Below are positions 16,729 to 29,671 of a stretch of DNA of 64,000 bases, piece after piece (the stretch's first letter is position 1; each line of letters begins with the position of its first letter). This stretch comes from Chrysomallon squamiferum (taxonomy: Eukaryota > Animalia > Mollusca), in assembly GCA_012295275.1 (NCBI GenBank), contig CM022668.1:10974001-11038000 (forward strand), given 5' to 3'. Position numbers and translations under genes: made by a program. Below the pieces are notes generated by a model that was not told where the DNA came from, did not search any database, and saw nothing but the letters and a program-made list of their open reading frames with translations.

Positions 16729-19065
16729 GCACAATGCATTATTATCACGATTTCAGAATTTTATAGTTGTTATTTTAAAGAGATTCATTTTCGTTTCTTT
16801 ATTTTTATCATTATAATTATAGATTGCCACAGCTATTTACTGCCTTTGACTATCTATGCTGTTTTACTGCGATTATATAGAAATGTATGAAATAGACGCC
16901 ATTTAAAAGAGTAAAAACAATGAGTTTAAATTTATATTACTTTAAAAAAAAAAAATGTATTTAATATACTCACTACATGATATTCCACTCCAGGTGTTCA
17001 AACAAGTACAGGTGCACTCATTTGCATTGAATGTGGCGCCATTAGAACAATCTACGTTGCATATATCTGAATTAAAAACAGCAGCAACAACACAATAATA
17101 ATAATAAACAGCAACAAATAAACAATCAAACAATCAAACAAACAGACAAATAAACAAAAACAAATAGAAAATGAATGAATCAATCATTCACTATATATTT
17201 GTAAAATAGATATACTTTCTGTCTATGTTCTTTTAGTGCGATTATTCTCACAGTAATCTGGTTTCTATAGTGATGTAACAGAAAGTATTATGTCAGATTC
17301 TCCTTCATACACAACACTACATCTTTTCCTTTCTCATTTAAACAGACTTCAAGAAGTCAGCACAACATCATCTTTTGTTTAATCTGACTTTCAAAGTTTA
17401 CTCAATTCTGGAAAATGCTTGTACTTTATAGTTCAATCATTTTGTGACAAGAAGCAACTAGAAGAAGAAAACTCCTAGTATAGAATTTGTATAATGATAT
17501 TTGATTGCTATTTCTGATCTTATGTAATTATTACATACATTTGTTGTGTAAAACCTAGATTAGATCAGTTTTCTTTTTATTAATTTAATTTTGCTATTTG
17601 CGACTCTCAGCTTTTTAGAAATATTTTCCTTGAACGATGTGTTTAGATTTTCATTGTTTAATAGAAATCATTTGAAAATATTAGTAAAATAATTAAAAAT
17701 AAACAAATAAACAAACGTACGACACACAACGCCTTCCCAGTTTCCGGCACAAAGACAAACACAGTCCTGCGTGTCTACTGTTGCGCCATTCATACAGTAC
17801 AATCCACACGTACCTGAAACAGATACAATAAAATCATTAAAGAGTGGAAAACAATAGAAAAAAACAATTTGTGACAATTTAAAAAAATCGTTATTTCTCT
17901 ACTTATAAAATGTTTTTTTGTTTCAGCTTTAAATGATCTAAATTAAACGTGGATTTATTAAAACTGTGTAATAATGGTCGTCTTAGGTAAACACGAACTA
18001 TTGATGTAAATGTTTTTAGTAGTAAAATAAATGTTTGCTGACGTCTATAAAATTCCAATACCAATTTGTTTTTCATCGGATTAACATTTCATATAGTACA
18101 GTTGAAAAACCTTTTAGTAATTTGTTATGTTTGTTACACTTCTCTTAATATTCTTAATGTTCTGTGATATGATCTTAAAAATCCACAAAAAGAGATAATT
18201 TAGCATTTTATCTCCGATGAATATTTTCCATTTTACCATCAGTGCACGCTTTTACTAAGAGTGTGGCGTCCTCCAAGGGCAGGAATGGTGAGTCATTGCT
18301 AGTATGTAAGAAACAGGCACCTAAATACAATCCCGCAGAAATACAAGGTGGATCACCGGCATATTCGTCGCAAAAAGTTGTACACGGTTCAGTTTCAATC
18401 GCTGGTGTTTGATCCTCCGAGTCGAATCCAATAAAATCTGGAATAACTATGTATTCACAACCAGAATCACCTGCGGAAAAATGTATTACCAAAAAATAGA
18501 ATTAGAACAAAACAATAACAGCCATTTTTTGTTCTATAAATAAAACAAATTAGCAGTGTTTTTCTGTTATTTAAATGAATCAACAATACAAATAAACTGT
18601 TTACTTCTGTCTAAACACAAACAGAAAATAAATAATATCTTATTTTTCTTTAAACACAAAAGGTAAGCAAAATAGTTCTGTTATTTAAGTAAAACAATAT
18701 AACAAAAGAACCCCAGTATGTTATTTAAATAAAGCAATAAATAAATAAAGAGTGTCTTACTCTTGCTTAAATAAATAATAAACCTAATTCTTTCTGCTAC
18801 TCAAATGCAAAAATATCAAAGTTTTCGTCCCATTTAAATATATCAACAGTACAAATAAATGAATTATTTCTGCAGTTTAAATAAAATAAAATAAAAATCA
18901 AGTCTCACTGCTATTTAAATAAAATAATAAAATAAATACTATTGCTATCTGAATGAAAAAAATCAAAAAAATCTTACCACTGGGGAGTCTCTCTTCCACA
19001 CATGAAATGAGGAGGACAAAACACTGAATTAAGAAAATTTCCAACACGATTTTCTTCTCTGTCAT
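12366..19065 (-). CDS. Gene C: secreted SP - PAN/apple-like - EGF-like x8 - ShK-like - His/Cys terminal protein (~438 aa), convergent with B
   Basis: Minus-strand exons 19065-18978 (MTEKKIVLEIFLIQCFVLLISCVEERLPS), 18470-18237 (divergent PAN-like), EGF-like 17813-17721, 17066-16974, 16678-16586, 14880-14788, 14586-14494, 14308-14216, 14064-13972, 13362-13264, ShK-like 12866-12756, terminal 12499-12366. Canonical splice sites, 1317 nt in frame. Confidence 0.88.
15632..16606. repeat. 54-bp tandem array (~18 units) derived from an exon/intron junction of gene C
   Basis: Unit cacgatagtattattaagtatacttactacacacatctcctacccagtagaaaa; the last unit is the real 3' end and donor of exon 16678-16586. 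Confidence 0.95.
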
Positions 19066-19230
19066 GTTTTGTGAAATCAAGTTATACTATTGAGAAAGAC
19101 ACTTTCGTAAAACTATTTCTCTGAAATGAATTTTACTCAACGGCGCTAATAGTTAAACAAATACCAGCTGTCAATCAAAACAGTTTGATACATTTTCATT
19201 ACTTTTATTACCGAATCTGATTGGTTTATC
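19066..19230 (-). promoter_or_regulatory. Putative proximal promoter/5' UTR of gene C (CCAAT box + TGATTGACAG)
   Basis: On the minus strand CCAAT at 19224-19220 and TGATTGACAG at 19177-19168; homologous to the gene B upstream block. Confidence 0.45.
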
Positions 19231-19375
19231 GTCACGTGTATAACACACACAAACACACACACACACCCGCATAATAAAATAAAATCACACTGATTTATTT
19301 TATCACATATACACACATACACACATATGCACAAGTATGCATAGTTAAAAAAAAATGAAAAGAAAAAAGGCATAT

Positions 19376-19446
19376 TAGCATCAACGTATCTTTAGCATCA
19401 ACGTATCTTTAGCATCAACGTATCTTTAGCATCAACGTATCTTTCA
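19376..19446. repeat. 17-bp tandem repeat x4
   Basis: ttagcatcaacgtatct repeated four times. Confidence 0.9.
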
Positions 19447-20296
19447 ACTAAAATATTTGTTCTACTTGCTATATTAACGGCAAATTATCATTTCACTAAA
19501 CTGAAACAGAAAATCAATAATATAACTAAAATGTTTACTTCTCTTTAAATACAAACATAAAATCAATAATGTAAATAAACTGTTTACGTCTCTCGAAATA
19601 GGAAAAGAAAATCAGTTATAATACAACCCGTTTGCTTCTCTTTAAATACAGATAATGAAAAATACAAAAAAAAGGTGTTTTCTTTAAATCAAAAAGGTAA
19701 GCAAGATATTTAAATAAAACGATAAATAAATAAATAAATAAATAAATAAACAGTGTCTTACTCTTGCTTAAATAAAATAATAATGACCAGATCTCATTGG
19801 TTTATCATCGCGTGTATAACAACAAAAACAACAACAACAACAATACACACACATACAGAACAAAAATAAATAAAATAAAAGCACACTGATTTTTTTATCG
19901 TATAAACAAACATACACACACATGCATGCATACTCATAGTTAAAAGCAACAAACAAAAAACCTGAACAAAACAAAAAAGGCATATTAGCAGCAACGTATC
20001 TTTCAACTGAAATATTTGTTCTACTTGCTATATTAACAGCAAATTAGCTTCTTACCAAAGTAACGTTCTGATTGTTATAACAGCAACTCGTTATCTTACA
20101 CCCAAAACACGTCACATATTAGTTCTGGCTATTTTTTATCTTACACATCAATAAAACCATGAGACCACTGACAAAAAAAAAATAGCATTATCTCTTTTAC
20201 TATTTCTCCTTAAACTATTTCACTGAACCTCAACTCTGTAAAATAAAACTTGTTCCACCCTAAGCTTAAACAAGTATGCTATATGTAACATACAGG

Positions 20297-20336
<40 letters not shown>

Positions 20337-22624
20337 TTTATTATTATTGTTTTATATAAATGTATGATACAACTTAGAGTTTTCTTATAGTGTATGTTAC
20401 AACTTAATGTTTTCTTATAGTATATGTAACAACTTAGAACTGTGCTTTCTTATAGTGTGTGTAACAACTTAGAAAAGTTGTCTTTAAATGTATGTTACAA
20501 GTCAACTTAGAACAAAAGTTTCGTGTCGTATGTGCTAAAACACTGTTTTACTTATCGAGAATGTTTATTTTTGTTATCTAAATGTATTATTATTATTATT
20601 GTCGTCGTTGTTGTTGTTTTCGTTGTTGACGTTATTATTAAAATGATGTGTATATGAAATACACTGGTAGTTGTCGGTTTTGATTTAATCAGATCTGGAA
20701 GACATTTATAATTAAAAGTGTTCACGTACTACAATGTCTAACCTCAGCGTTTCACAAAACACCTGTTACAACTATCAAATTAATTTCATACTAAAACAGA
20801 GCAAACGTTTATATACACTGATTTTATTTTCCTCAAGTATGAATTGATTTAAAACATCAGTCATTTAAACACGAAATTAATAACTTGAGCGGATATCTTA
20901 CTATGTGCACAGTGTGTGTTAATATATATCGCAGTATGCAGATTGCTTTCTGCAGAGATAATCAAATTATGTATATTGAAGTAAACAAGAGGCAGCTGCT
21001 AAATGATAATTGTTTTTATCAATATTTGTTTTCTGAACAGAATTTATTTCAGAAGACTAGTGCACAGTACAGTAAAAATATTTCAAAATAAATTTAAAAC
21101 TATTCTCTTGTATACTTTAATAAAATGATGTTCTAAATGTATTAGCATCTATCAGAATATGTATGCATATTAAAAACACATATATTATCTGAAGGAGACA
21201 AGTCGGGGTACGACATTGCAAGACAAGTACTGTTCTTCTATATCGTGTAACACAGACAAAGAGTAACTAAATATTCACCTGTTCTGTAACCGAAATCTGA
21301 GTGCATGTGCGTGTGTGTGGGTTGATGCACACAGGTGTTTAGATACATGTGTGTATATGTGAATGTGTATATTAAAATATACACATATGTATGTATGTAT
21401 GTGTGTGGAGGGGGTATATATGTATGTATATATCTGTGAGCATGTAATGTCCATCTGTCTATGTATGCGTGCGTATGTTTATTTATCTGTGTTATTTTAT
21501 AAGAATATGTATGTTCGTGTTTTTACTATGTGTGTAAATGAATGTATGTATATGAGTGTGTCTGTATCTATTTATTAGTTTATGTGTTTTATATATGTAC
21601 ATATCAATGTATCAGTATAAATATACACGTATGCACTAATACATGTGTATAAGTATGTATGTATGTATGTATAGATGTATGTTTAAGAATATGTGCACGT
21701 ATCTATTTGTCTGTATGTATGTGTGTACGTAGTTTCGTTATCAAACGTATTGTATCTTGTAATTAAATCTGGTTACTACTCGTCTTGTATTGTGAGTGAT
21801 TTCTCTCTTCTATGAAGTAAAATCAATGTTATAGATACTAAAAAAAGATAATCACAGCTGGAGTCCAATTACTTATAAAGATAAGCGTGCAGTTTAAACC
21901 CTACGTCAATGCACAGAGGCCAATATTCACTGGAAAATAATACTGCAAAATAGATATGTAGATATTCGTAAATATTCAATATATTATTTATTGATTGATT
22001 GATCGATTTGTTTGTTCGCTTCATTGTTTGGTACTACAAGTGTAACTTCTAATATTATGCTAACGATGATAAATAGATAAATAAGTAAATAAATAAATAC
22101 ATGCAAGTAAGTAAGTAAATTAATAAATAAATACATTTTTACTCACATTTATCATCACTTTTTGTTTGATTATTATTATTATTATTATTATATTAATATT
22201 ATTATTATTACTGTTATTATTACTATTATTATTGTTTTTATTATTATTATTCTTATTATTGTTTTAGTAGTAGTAGTAGTAGTAGTATAGAAATCAGATA
22301 TTCAATTTTGCTTCTATGTAGGGAGGTAGCAAATAAGGAGTTTATATTCCCCCCAGTCTCTCTGTGAACTGAACACATTACAGCAAAGTTTGTAACGAGT
22401 ACAAATGTTAACACTTTACAGTACATTCATAAACACTACATTAGTTTCGTACTTTTGAATCGCTGATTCAATGGGTTCTGAGAAAAAGTGAGCGGCTTCT
22501 GCTGCTATGAATTACTATGCATGACAACAACTGACTCAATGTTCTTTTACTACACCAGTTTATTCAGTTGTATTTCAGTCGCAGTTTGTCCGTACCTGGT
22601 CATCTTGATGCAAATGAATTTACA

Positions 22625-23390
22625 TTTAACCATTCTATCCTTCATTCATCCACAATTACATTTCTTTGTTTTTCCCTTCACCCACTACTACATTTGGCTC
22701 TGCTTCCATTCATTCACTGTTAAATTTCTCTATTCTTTCATTCATCTACTATTATATTTCTCTGTTCCTTCATTCATCCACTATTATATTTCACTTTTCT
22801 TCCATTGACTATTATGTTTCTCTGTTGTTTGATTCATCCACTATTATATATCTCTGTTCTTTCATTCATTCACTTACTAATATATTTCTCTAATTATTCA
22901 TTTATCCACTATTACATTTCTGTGTACTTCCATTCGTTTATTATTACATTTCTCTGTTCGTGCGTACATTAACTATTACACTTTTCTATTCATTCATTCA
23001 CTAATATATTTCTCTGTTCTTTCATTCATTCATCCACCTCTATTATATATTTCTGATTTGCTGATTCATCCACTATTATGTTTAACTCTTCTTACATGCA
23101 TCACTATGTTATTCTCTTTCAACCACTAGTAAATGTGTATGTTCCTTCATTCACTATTCTATTTCTCTGTTGCATCCATCAACTGTTATATCTTACATTC
23201 ATCGACTATTATATTATTCTGTTCTTCCATCCATCAACTATTACTTTTTACTGTTCTTTCCTTCATCCACTATTACATTATCCTGTTCTTCCATGCAATC
23301 ACTATTACATTTCTCTGCCCTTTCGCTCATTCCATATTATATTTTGTGTTCCTTTATCTATCCACTTTTATATTATTCTCTAATTGTTTT
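22625..23390. repeat. Degenerate ~32-bp minisatellite
   Basis: Recurring ttcattcatccactattatatttctctgttcc-like unit. Confidence 0.8.
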
Positions 23391-23689
23391 CGTTATCTAT
23401 ACGTAAAAACATAACGTCATTATCGATATTCATGACGTAATAAAAATGTTATACCGAGAATCCATACTTGAATTTAAATAAGTGTTATTTGCTTCAGAAT
23501 TAATTTGTATTCTATCTTGTATCTATGTTCTTCTCTGTTCATGTATTTATTTACTGAAAATTATAATTCGAAATATATGCTGTAATAGAAAAAAAACAAA
23601 ACAACAACAACAACAACAAACATTTAATTTATCAGTTGGATTTTAGTGGTTAATTTTATTCTTTCATGGAACAGGACAGAAAACAAGTA

Positions 23690-23736
<47 letters not shown>

Positions 23737-24282
23737 TGATCACAATACAAATAACAATAACCAACAAAAAGTGATGATAAAATGCATGAGTAAAAGTGCA
23801 TTTATTTGTTCATTTACTTACTTATTACTTACTCCATTTATTCATTTATTTTCAGACAGGTGTATTCATTTTGGTTTCATAATTAATTAACTAATTAATT
23901 AATTAATGCAAATATTCACTTTGAAGTTATGATTATGAACAAATACTGATAGACTTAATTTAACAGATGATGGTTGCTTAAAACTGTGCATATTTTGTAT
24001 TTCTTTTTCCTTTCCAGGAAAAGGAAACTATTTTCAACTGATCGTTATGATAATCTGAAATAAATAGAGTAAATATGTCAGAATAAAAATAATAAATCCA
24101 TCAGTAATAATCCTGTGCCAACTTTTACCGAAAGTAGAAGAAACAAAAAATATATAAATAACAGTTAAGGTCAATCTAAACGGATCATTATAAAATAGCA
24201 AGATTAACAACTACAACAACAACAACAATAATGCCAGCATTCTTCTATGTTCAACACTAACACGCATACAAGGACACTGGTC

Positions 24283-24320
<38 letters not shown>

Positions 24321-25798
24321 CTATATATATCAGTTAATTTTTTTAAATAAAAGTTTTTGATCTCAGAATAAAATTTTCAAATTTAAATGCGAAAATTCTC
24401 TATATACTAAAATCTAAACCTAACTTGAACCCTAACCCTATTTCTATCCTATCAAAATAAATTTAGAAAACTATATTCAACTTATGAAACTGTTAATGAT
24501 TCGAATAACAGTTCAGAAAGCATCTGTTACAACTAACAAATTAAGTCGATATCAAAATAGAACAAACGTTTATATACGCTGATTTCATTTGCTTCAAGTT
24601 CCGTTTGATTTTAAACTTCTGTCATGAAAAGACGGAATAAATAGAATCATCAGCGTGTGTTAACAGATATCACCCTATGCAGATTGCTTTCCACAGAGAT
24701 AATAGAATTAAGCACGTATTGTATTCACATAAACAACAGGCAGTTGCTAACGTTAACTGATTTCATTAAATTTCATTTTCTGATCAGACACCATTTTTAA
24801 AGAAGATTGTATATTAATCATTTCAAAATTTTGAAACCTTCTGTATTGTATATTCTAATAACAGTTCAGAATTTACTAACAACTATCAGTCATTCTATTT
24901 ATATCAAAATACCTAGAATGTCTGGAAGTGACAGGATGGAAGACGAAATTGTAACAAGAAATGTTCTCCTTTGTCATATGTCACAGAGTAAAGCTAATTA
25001 AATATTCATCTGACCTTTAAACATTGTATGTATATATTTATCAGTGTGTGTGTATACATGGGTGATATGTGTTTTTGTATGTAGATGTCTATACCTGTAT
25101 GTATATATTTATGTGTGTATATATTTATCTATGCATATGTATACATATATGTATTTATGTATGTGTATGTATGTATGAATGTACGATATTTTCTATGCAT
25201 ATATGAATGAACGTGCATCTATATGTAAGTATTTTGTGTGTGTGTGTGTGTGTGTTTGTGTTTGTGTATGTGTGTGTGCTCGCATGATTGTACATCTGTT
25301 GAAGCATGTTTGTGTGTGTTTGTGTGTGTGTGTTGTGTGTGTGTGTGTGTGTGTGCTCACATGATTGTACATCTGTTGAAGCATGTTTCTGTGTATTTAT
25401 ACAGATGTATTCTAGGACTAGACTTTTCTCTTTCTTGAGTACGTCTGATTAGACTCCGCACGTAGGCGACGTTCGAGGACAAGGTGTGGCACTCACTCGC
25501 TCGCACGAATGACGTCATTACCGTTCGGCCGTCATGTCAACCTTAGCTGTATATTTAGGTATGAATGCTTAGGTATATAGGAGTGGGGGTGAGTGTGTGT
25601 TATTGTGTGTATAGGTATGTCTGTCTGTCTGTATGTGTATATATATATATATACACACACGCACAAACACACTTATGTTTGTATATTTGTATAACTATAT
25701 ATATACGTAAGTAGGTTGGAGGTAAGTATGTATATATTTATGAGCATATCTGTATGTTTATGTGTGCAGACGTAGATGCGTGTATGTATATGTTTATA

Positions 25799-27027
25799 TA
25801 CTCTAACCAAAAAGTAACGCAAAAGTAGATTTTACTGACATTGGAAATATCTATCTAATGGATCAACAGAAAGCAGCAGAATGTTCACATTTTACACACA
25901 CTTTCGCAATTCATTAATATTGATGGTATTACATTGAAAAGGTTAAAGTTCAAGGTTATAACAGTATAATATCAATACCTTGTGTGCCCACCATGGGAGT
26001 CCAGAACTGCCTGACATCTCCTTCCCATGGCAGTAATAACATTACAAATTACACCTTGTTGTGGAATGGTGGTCCACTCTGTCTGAAGGAATACTGCCAT
26101 CTCAGCACGATTCTCTGGCTGTGGTTGATGCTGCCTCAGTCGTCTATCCAGCTCCTCCCATAGCTGCTCAATAGTGTTTAAATCTGGACATTTAGAGGGC
26201 CAGGGCAGGACCAGTATGTTATTGTTGTGTAGGTACGCTGTTGTGAGTCTGGCTGTATGTGGTCTCACATTGTCGTGCTGGAGTACAGCCTTCCATTATT
26301 CATAATTGTAGCTACATGTTGCTGTAAAATTTCATCTCGGTATTTTTGTGCCGTTAAGTTTCCTTGGATGTGAACCAGGTTGGTCCTGCCAGTGTATGAG
26401 ATTGCTGACCACACCATCACATTACCACCGCCAAAGCTGTCCGCTTCCTGTATGCTGAAGCAGTAGAGGTTGCCGTGGTGGTTCTTTCCTGTAGATGAAG
26501 TTCCCGTCTGTAGCGGTCATGGGCCCTGGTGGTTACACGTGGTCTAACTGATCTGGGACGGTCACCTGTTGTTTGGTGTTGCTGGAACTGATACCTCAAT
26601 CTCAAGATGGTGCCTGGGGATGCAGGAAACACCTGGGCTGCGGCCGAGAAGGATTCGCCAGATTGTAAACGGCCGATGGCGTTGTTTCGTTGCAGTTCAC
26701 TCAGTCGTGGCATTTGTTAGATGTTGGGTCAGAACAAAAATAACGAACAGAAGTATTCGAAACCCTTGCATTTTTATAACTCTCGTATTCAAGTTTCATG
26801 TGCCGTACGTGCACATGCACTGGTAACGTGGTTTCCATGAGGGGACGTTTTGGCTAATAAACACAATCATAGCCTTTGTTTTGTGTTACCTGCTTTTTGG
26901 CGTCTGTAACAAAAGCTATATGTTTCAATCACCAAATGTCATTATATTAATTGTTTGTACATCGATATGTGTCAGTTTACAATAGTTATCTAAGAAAGCA
27001 ACCATTTTACGTTTCTTTTTTGGAAGA

Positions 27028-27030
<3 letters not shown>
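25799..27030 (-). mobile_element. Tc1/mariner DNA transposon, internally deleted
   Basis: ORF 26713-26417 MPRLSELQRNNAIGRL... (HTH region); 26440-25972 GGGNVMVW...QHDNVRPH...WPSKCPDLNTIEQLW...GGHTRY (Tc1 DDE C-half); imperfect TIRs tactctaaccaaaaagtaacgcaaaa / ttttacgtttcttttttggaagaata; sits in TA/TG microsatellite. Confidence 0.9.
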
Positions 27031-27086
<56 letters not shown>

Positions 27087-27620
27087 TATATATGTTTGTA
27101 TGCATGTATATAACTACGTGTGAATGCATGAATGTACTACGTTTGGTTATCGCATGTTACGTATTGAAATTAGTTTTCTCTTCTATCGACTTTATAGATG
27201 TCGAAATGTTTGATCGAAATGTTTACCGATATCTGAGAAAAACCAAAAGGCAATCTATAGAAATGGCCGCCAAAAGTCTGCATCGCTACCATTCGGAAAC
27301 CCTATACATCAGAGTACCAACATCTGTTCAACAATTTTATATACAAATTCAGTGTAGCTTCATGCACTCAGAATTATGTATGACATCGTTACGACGTCAT
27401 AGATATCAATATTTTCAGTAATCATAACGATAATGTAGTTACGTTACGTAATAAAAACGTAATAAAAAATAAAACATTAATGCACTGAAAAGACCATTTA
27501 CTCAGTCGTTCTAGACATCGTGCTTTATCATAGACAAGAGTAGTTCCCCTTCTCTACGAATCAACTAAATTAGTTATTAATAACGAATACGCTGTAAAGT
27601 GCCAGTTCACCTATAGAGTG

Positions 27621-27745
<125 letters not shown>

Positions 27746-27984
27746 TGTATGTATGTATGTATATATATATATATATATTCTGCATGTATATACGTACATA
27801 CATACAGAATAGAAAGTTTTATTTCTATTTGAAAATGACACGGATTGTTATTTCATAAGCATACATTTTTTCAATAAAACAAAAACTGTGTTGACGTTAT
27901 TCATATTTAAAGATGTAATATAATATATGTTTCTCGTAGTTAGTTCTGGAAGTGGTAATATGCTAGTACAGCATCACAACTGTC

Positions 27985-28140
27985 TTAAATTTTACATAAT
28001 TGCGGTGCAGAATACAGTAGTAGACACTGTCACCTGGATGTCACATTACCGTTACATATCGCCAGTACTGAAGAAACCCCACTGGTTGCCTGTCTACTGC
28101 GGGATAAAGGACACACTCATGATCGATAGGATCGTTGCCT
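27985..28140 (+). mobile_element. CR1/L2-type LINE ORF2 3' fragment
   Basis: AVQNTVVDTV...ISPVLKKPHWLPVYCGIK resembles the QNxAAR...HITPVLxxLHWLPV motif of L2/CR1 ORF2. Confidence 0.7.
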
Positions 28141-28623
28141 TCCCATATGCTAAACCCCAAGACACTCAGGTTGGAAAGCTGGGAATCCCTACATAAGAAT
28201 TTATTTTTAATCAGAAATGCAGCTGGTTTTTGGAGGGCAGTTAATAACAAATTATTTTTGGCCACACGATTACTTTTATTAAAGCAGACACTTTTGCAAA
28301 AATGTTTTAAAGCATGCTAATAGCAAGGAAATAATGATAATATGTTTTATAGACATCTTATCTGAAACAAACCTGCACATAAGCACAGATATACTCATAA
28401 TGTTTCAATATTTGAAAGATGGAATTTGGTGCTTCCTTTAATTTGATGATTATGCTGGACAAATCTAAATGAAACTTATTAGAATAACAGATTAAAACTA
28501 TTTTAAAGAATTCTAATAGACATAAAATTACTGTGATATTCTTGTAAATCTTATGTTTGAAACAAAACAGCTCTATGCGTTTCCATTTATACTGTCATTG
28601 GATAGAAAACCCTGGTGTGAAAG

Positions 28624-28823
28624 NNNNNNNNNNNNNNNNNNNNNNNNNNNNNNNNNNNNNNNNNNNNNNNNNNNNNNNNNNNNNNNNNNNNNNNNNNNNN
28701 NNNNNNNNNNNNNNNNNNNNNNNNNNNNNNNNNNNNNNNNNNNNNNNNNNNNNNNNNNNNNNNNNNNNNNNNNNNNNNNNNNNNNNNNNNNNNNNNNNNN
28801 NNNNNNNNNNNNNNNNNNNNNNN
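28624..28823. other. Assembly gap (200 N)
   Basis: Run of N. Confidence 1.
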
Positions 28824-29628
28824 TCTATCAATTGACACAAAAAAATTATTTTTATTTACTGATTTTTTAATTATAACAACAATAAGCAAAGTAGACAGGA
28901 TAGAGTAAATAAATAAGCAAACAATAGAGAACCACTTTAAAACTTTAAAAGAATCGAAGACTTAGTGAGTACGTCTCACCTATGGGACTTCACTCTAATA
29001 TATGTTAGTGAACACATATCACTAAAGAGAGATAAGTCTAATCGACATAATTTTTACTTCGCTTAGTGAGTACATCTGACGTAAGGGTCCTAACTCTAAT
29101 CGATATGATATTTTCTTTCCTTGGTTTACATATATACAGACAGATAGACGCACCACGACACACACACTTACACAGAGAAAAACCTCTGGTACTGAATGAT
29201 TATACAATTGTAAAAGAAACAAAATTCAATTAATTGAAAATTGCCAGAAAATTTAAAAACAAATACATTTCAGAATATTAATAAATACAAAAAGAAATAA
29301 TAAATACTGATATTAAAAAACCGATTCTATCAATTGACACAAAAAATTATTATTTTTTACTGATTTTTTAATTATAACAACAATAAGCAAAGTAGACAGG
29401 AGACACAAGAAATAAGTAAGAAAACAAATAAAGAACGACTTTGAAAGTTTAAAACGATCGAAGACTTAGTGAGTACATCTCACCTATGGAACCTCACTCT
29501 AATATGTGTTAGTGAACACATATCACTAAAGGGAGATAAGTCTAATCGACATAATTTTTACTTCGCTTAGTGAGTACATCTCACGTAAGGGACCTAACTC
29601 TAATCGATATGATTTTTTTCTTTCCTTT

Positions 29629-29671
<43 letters not shown>

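Noticed and set aside
20885-21091. Recurrent ORF MSGYLTMCTVCVNIYRSMQIAFCRD (also 57243, 60143, 62410)
   Set aside because: Starts at TTG, lies in the dispersed ~350-bp repeat, and recurs only because of segmental duplication; diverged copies do not keep the frame.
28553-28889. ORFs containing X runs
   Set aside because: They span the N gap; same for 62017-62300.
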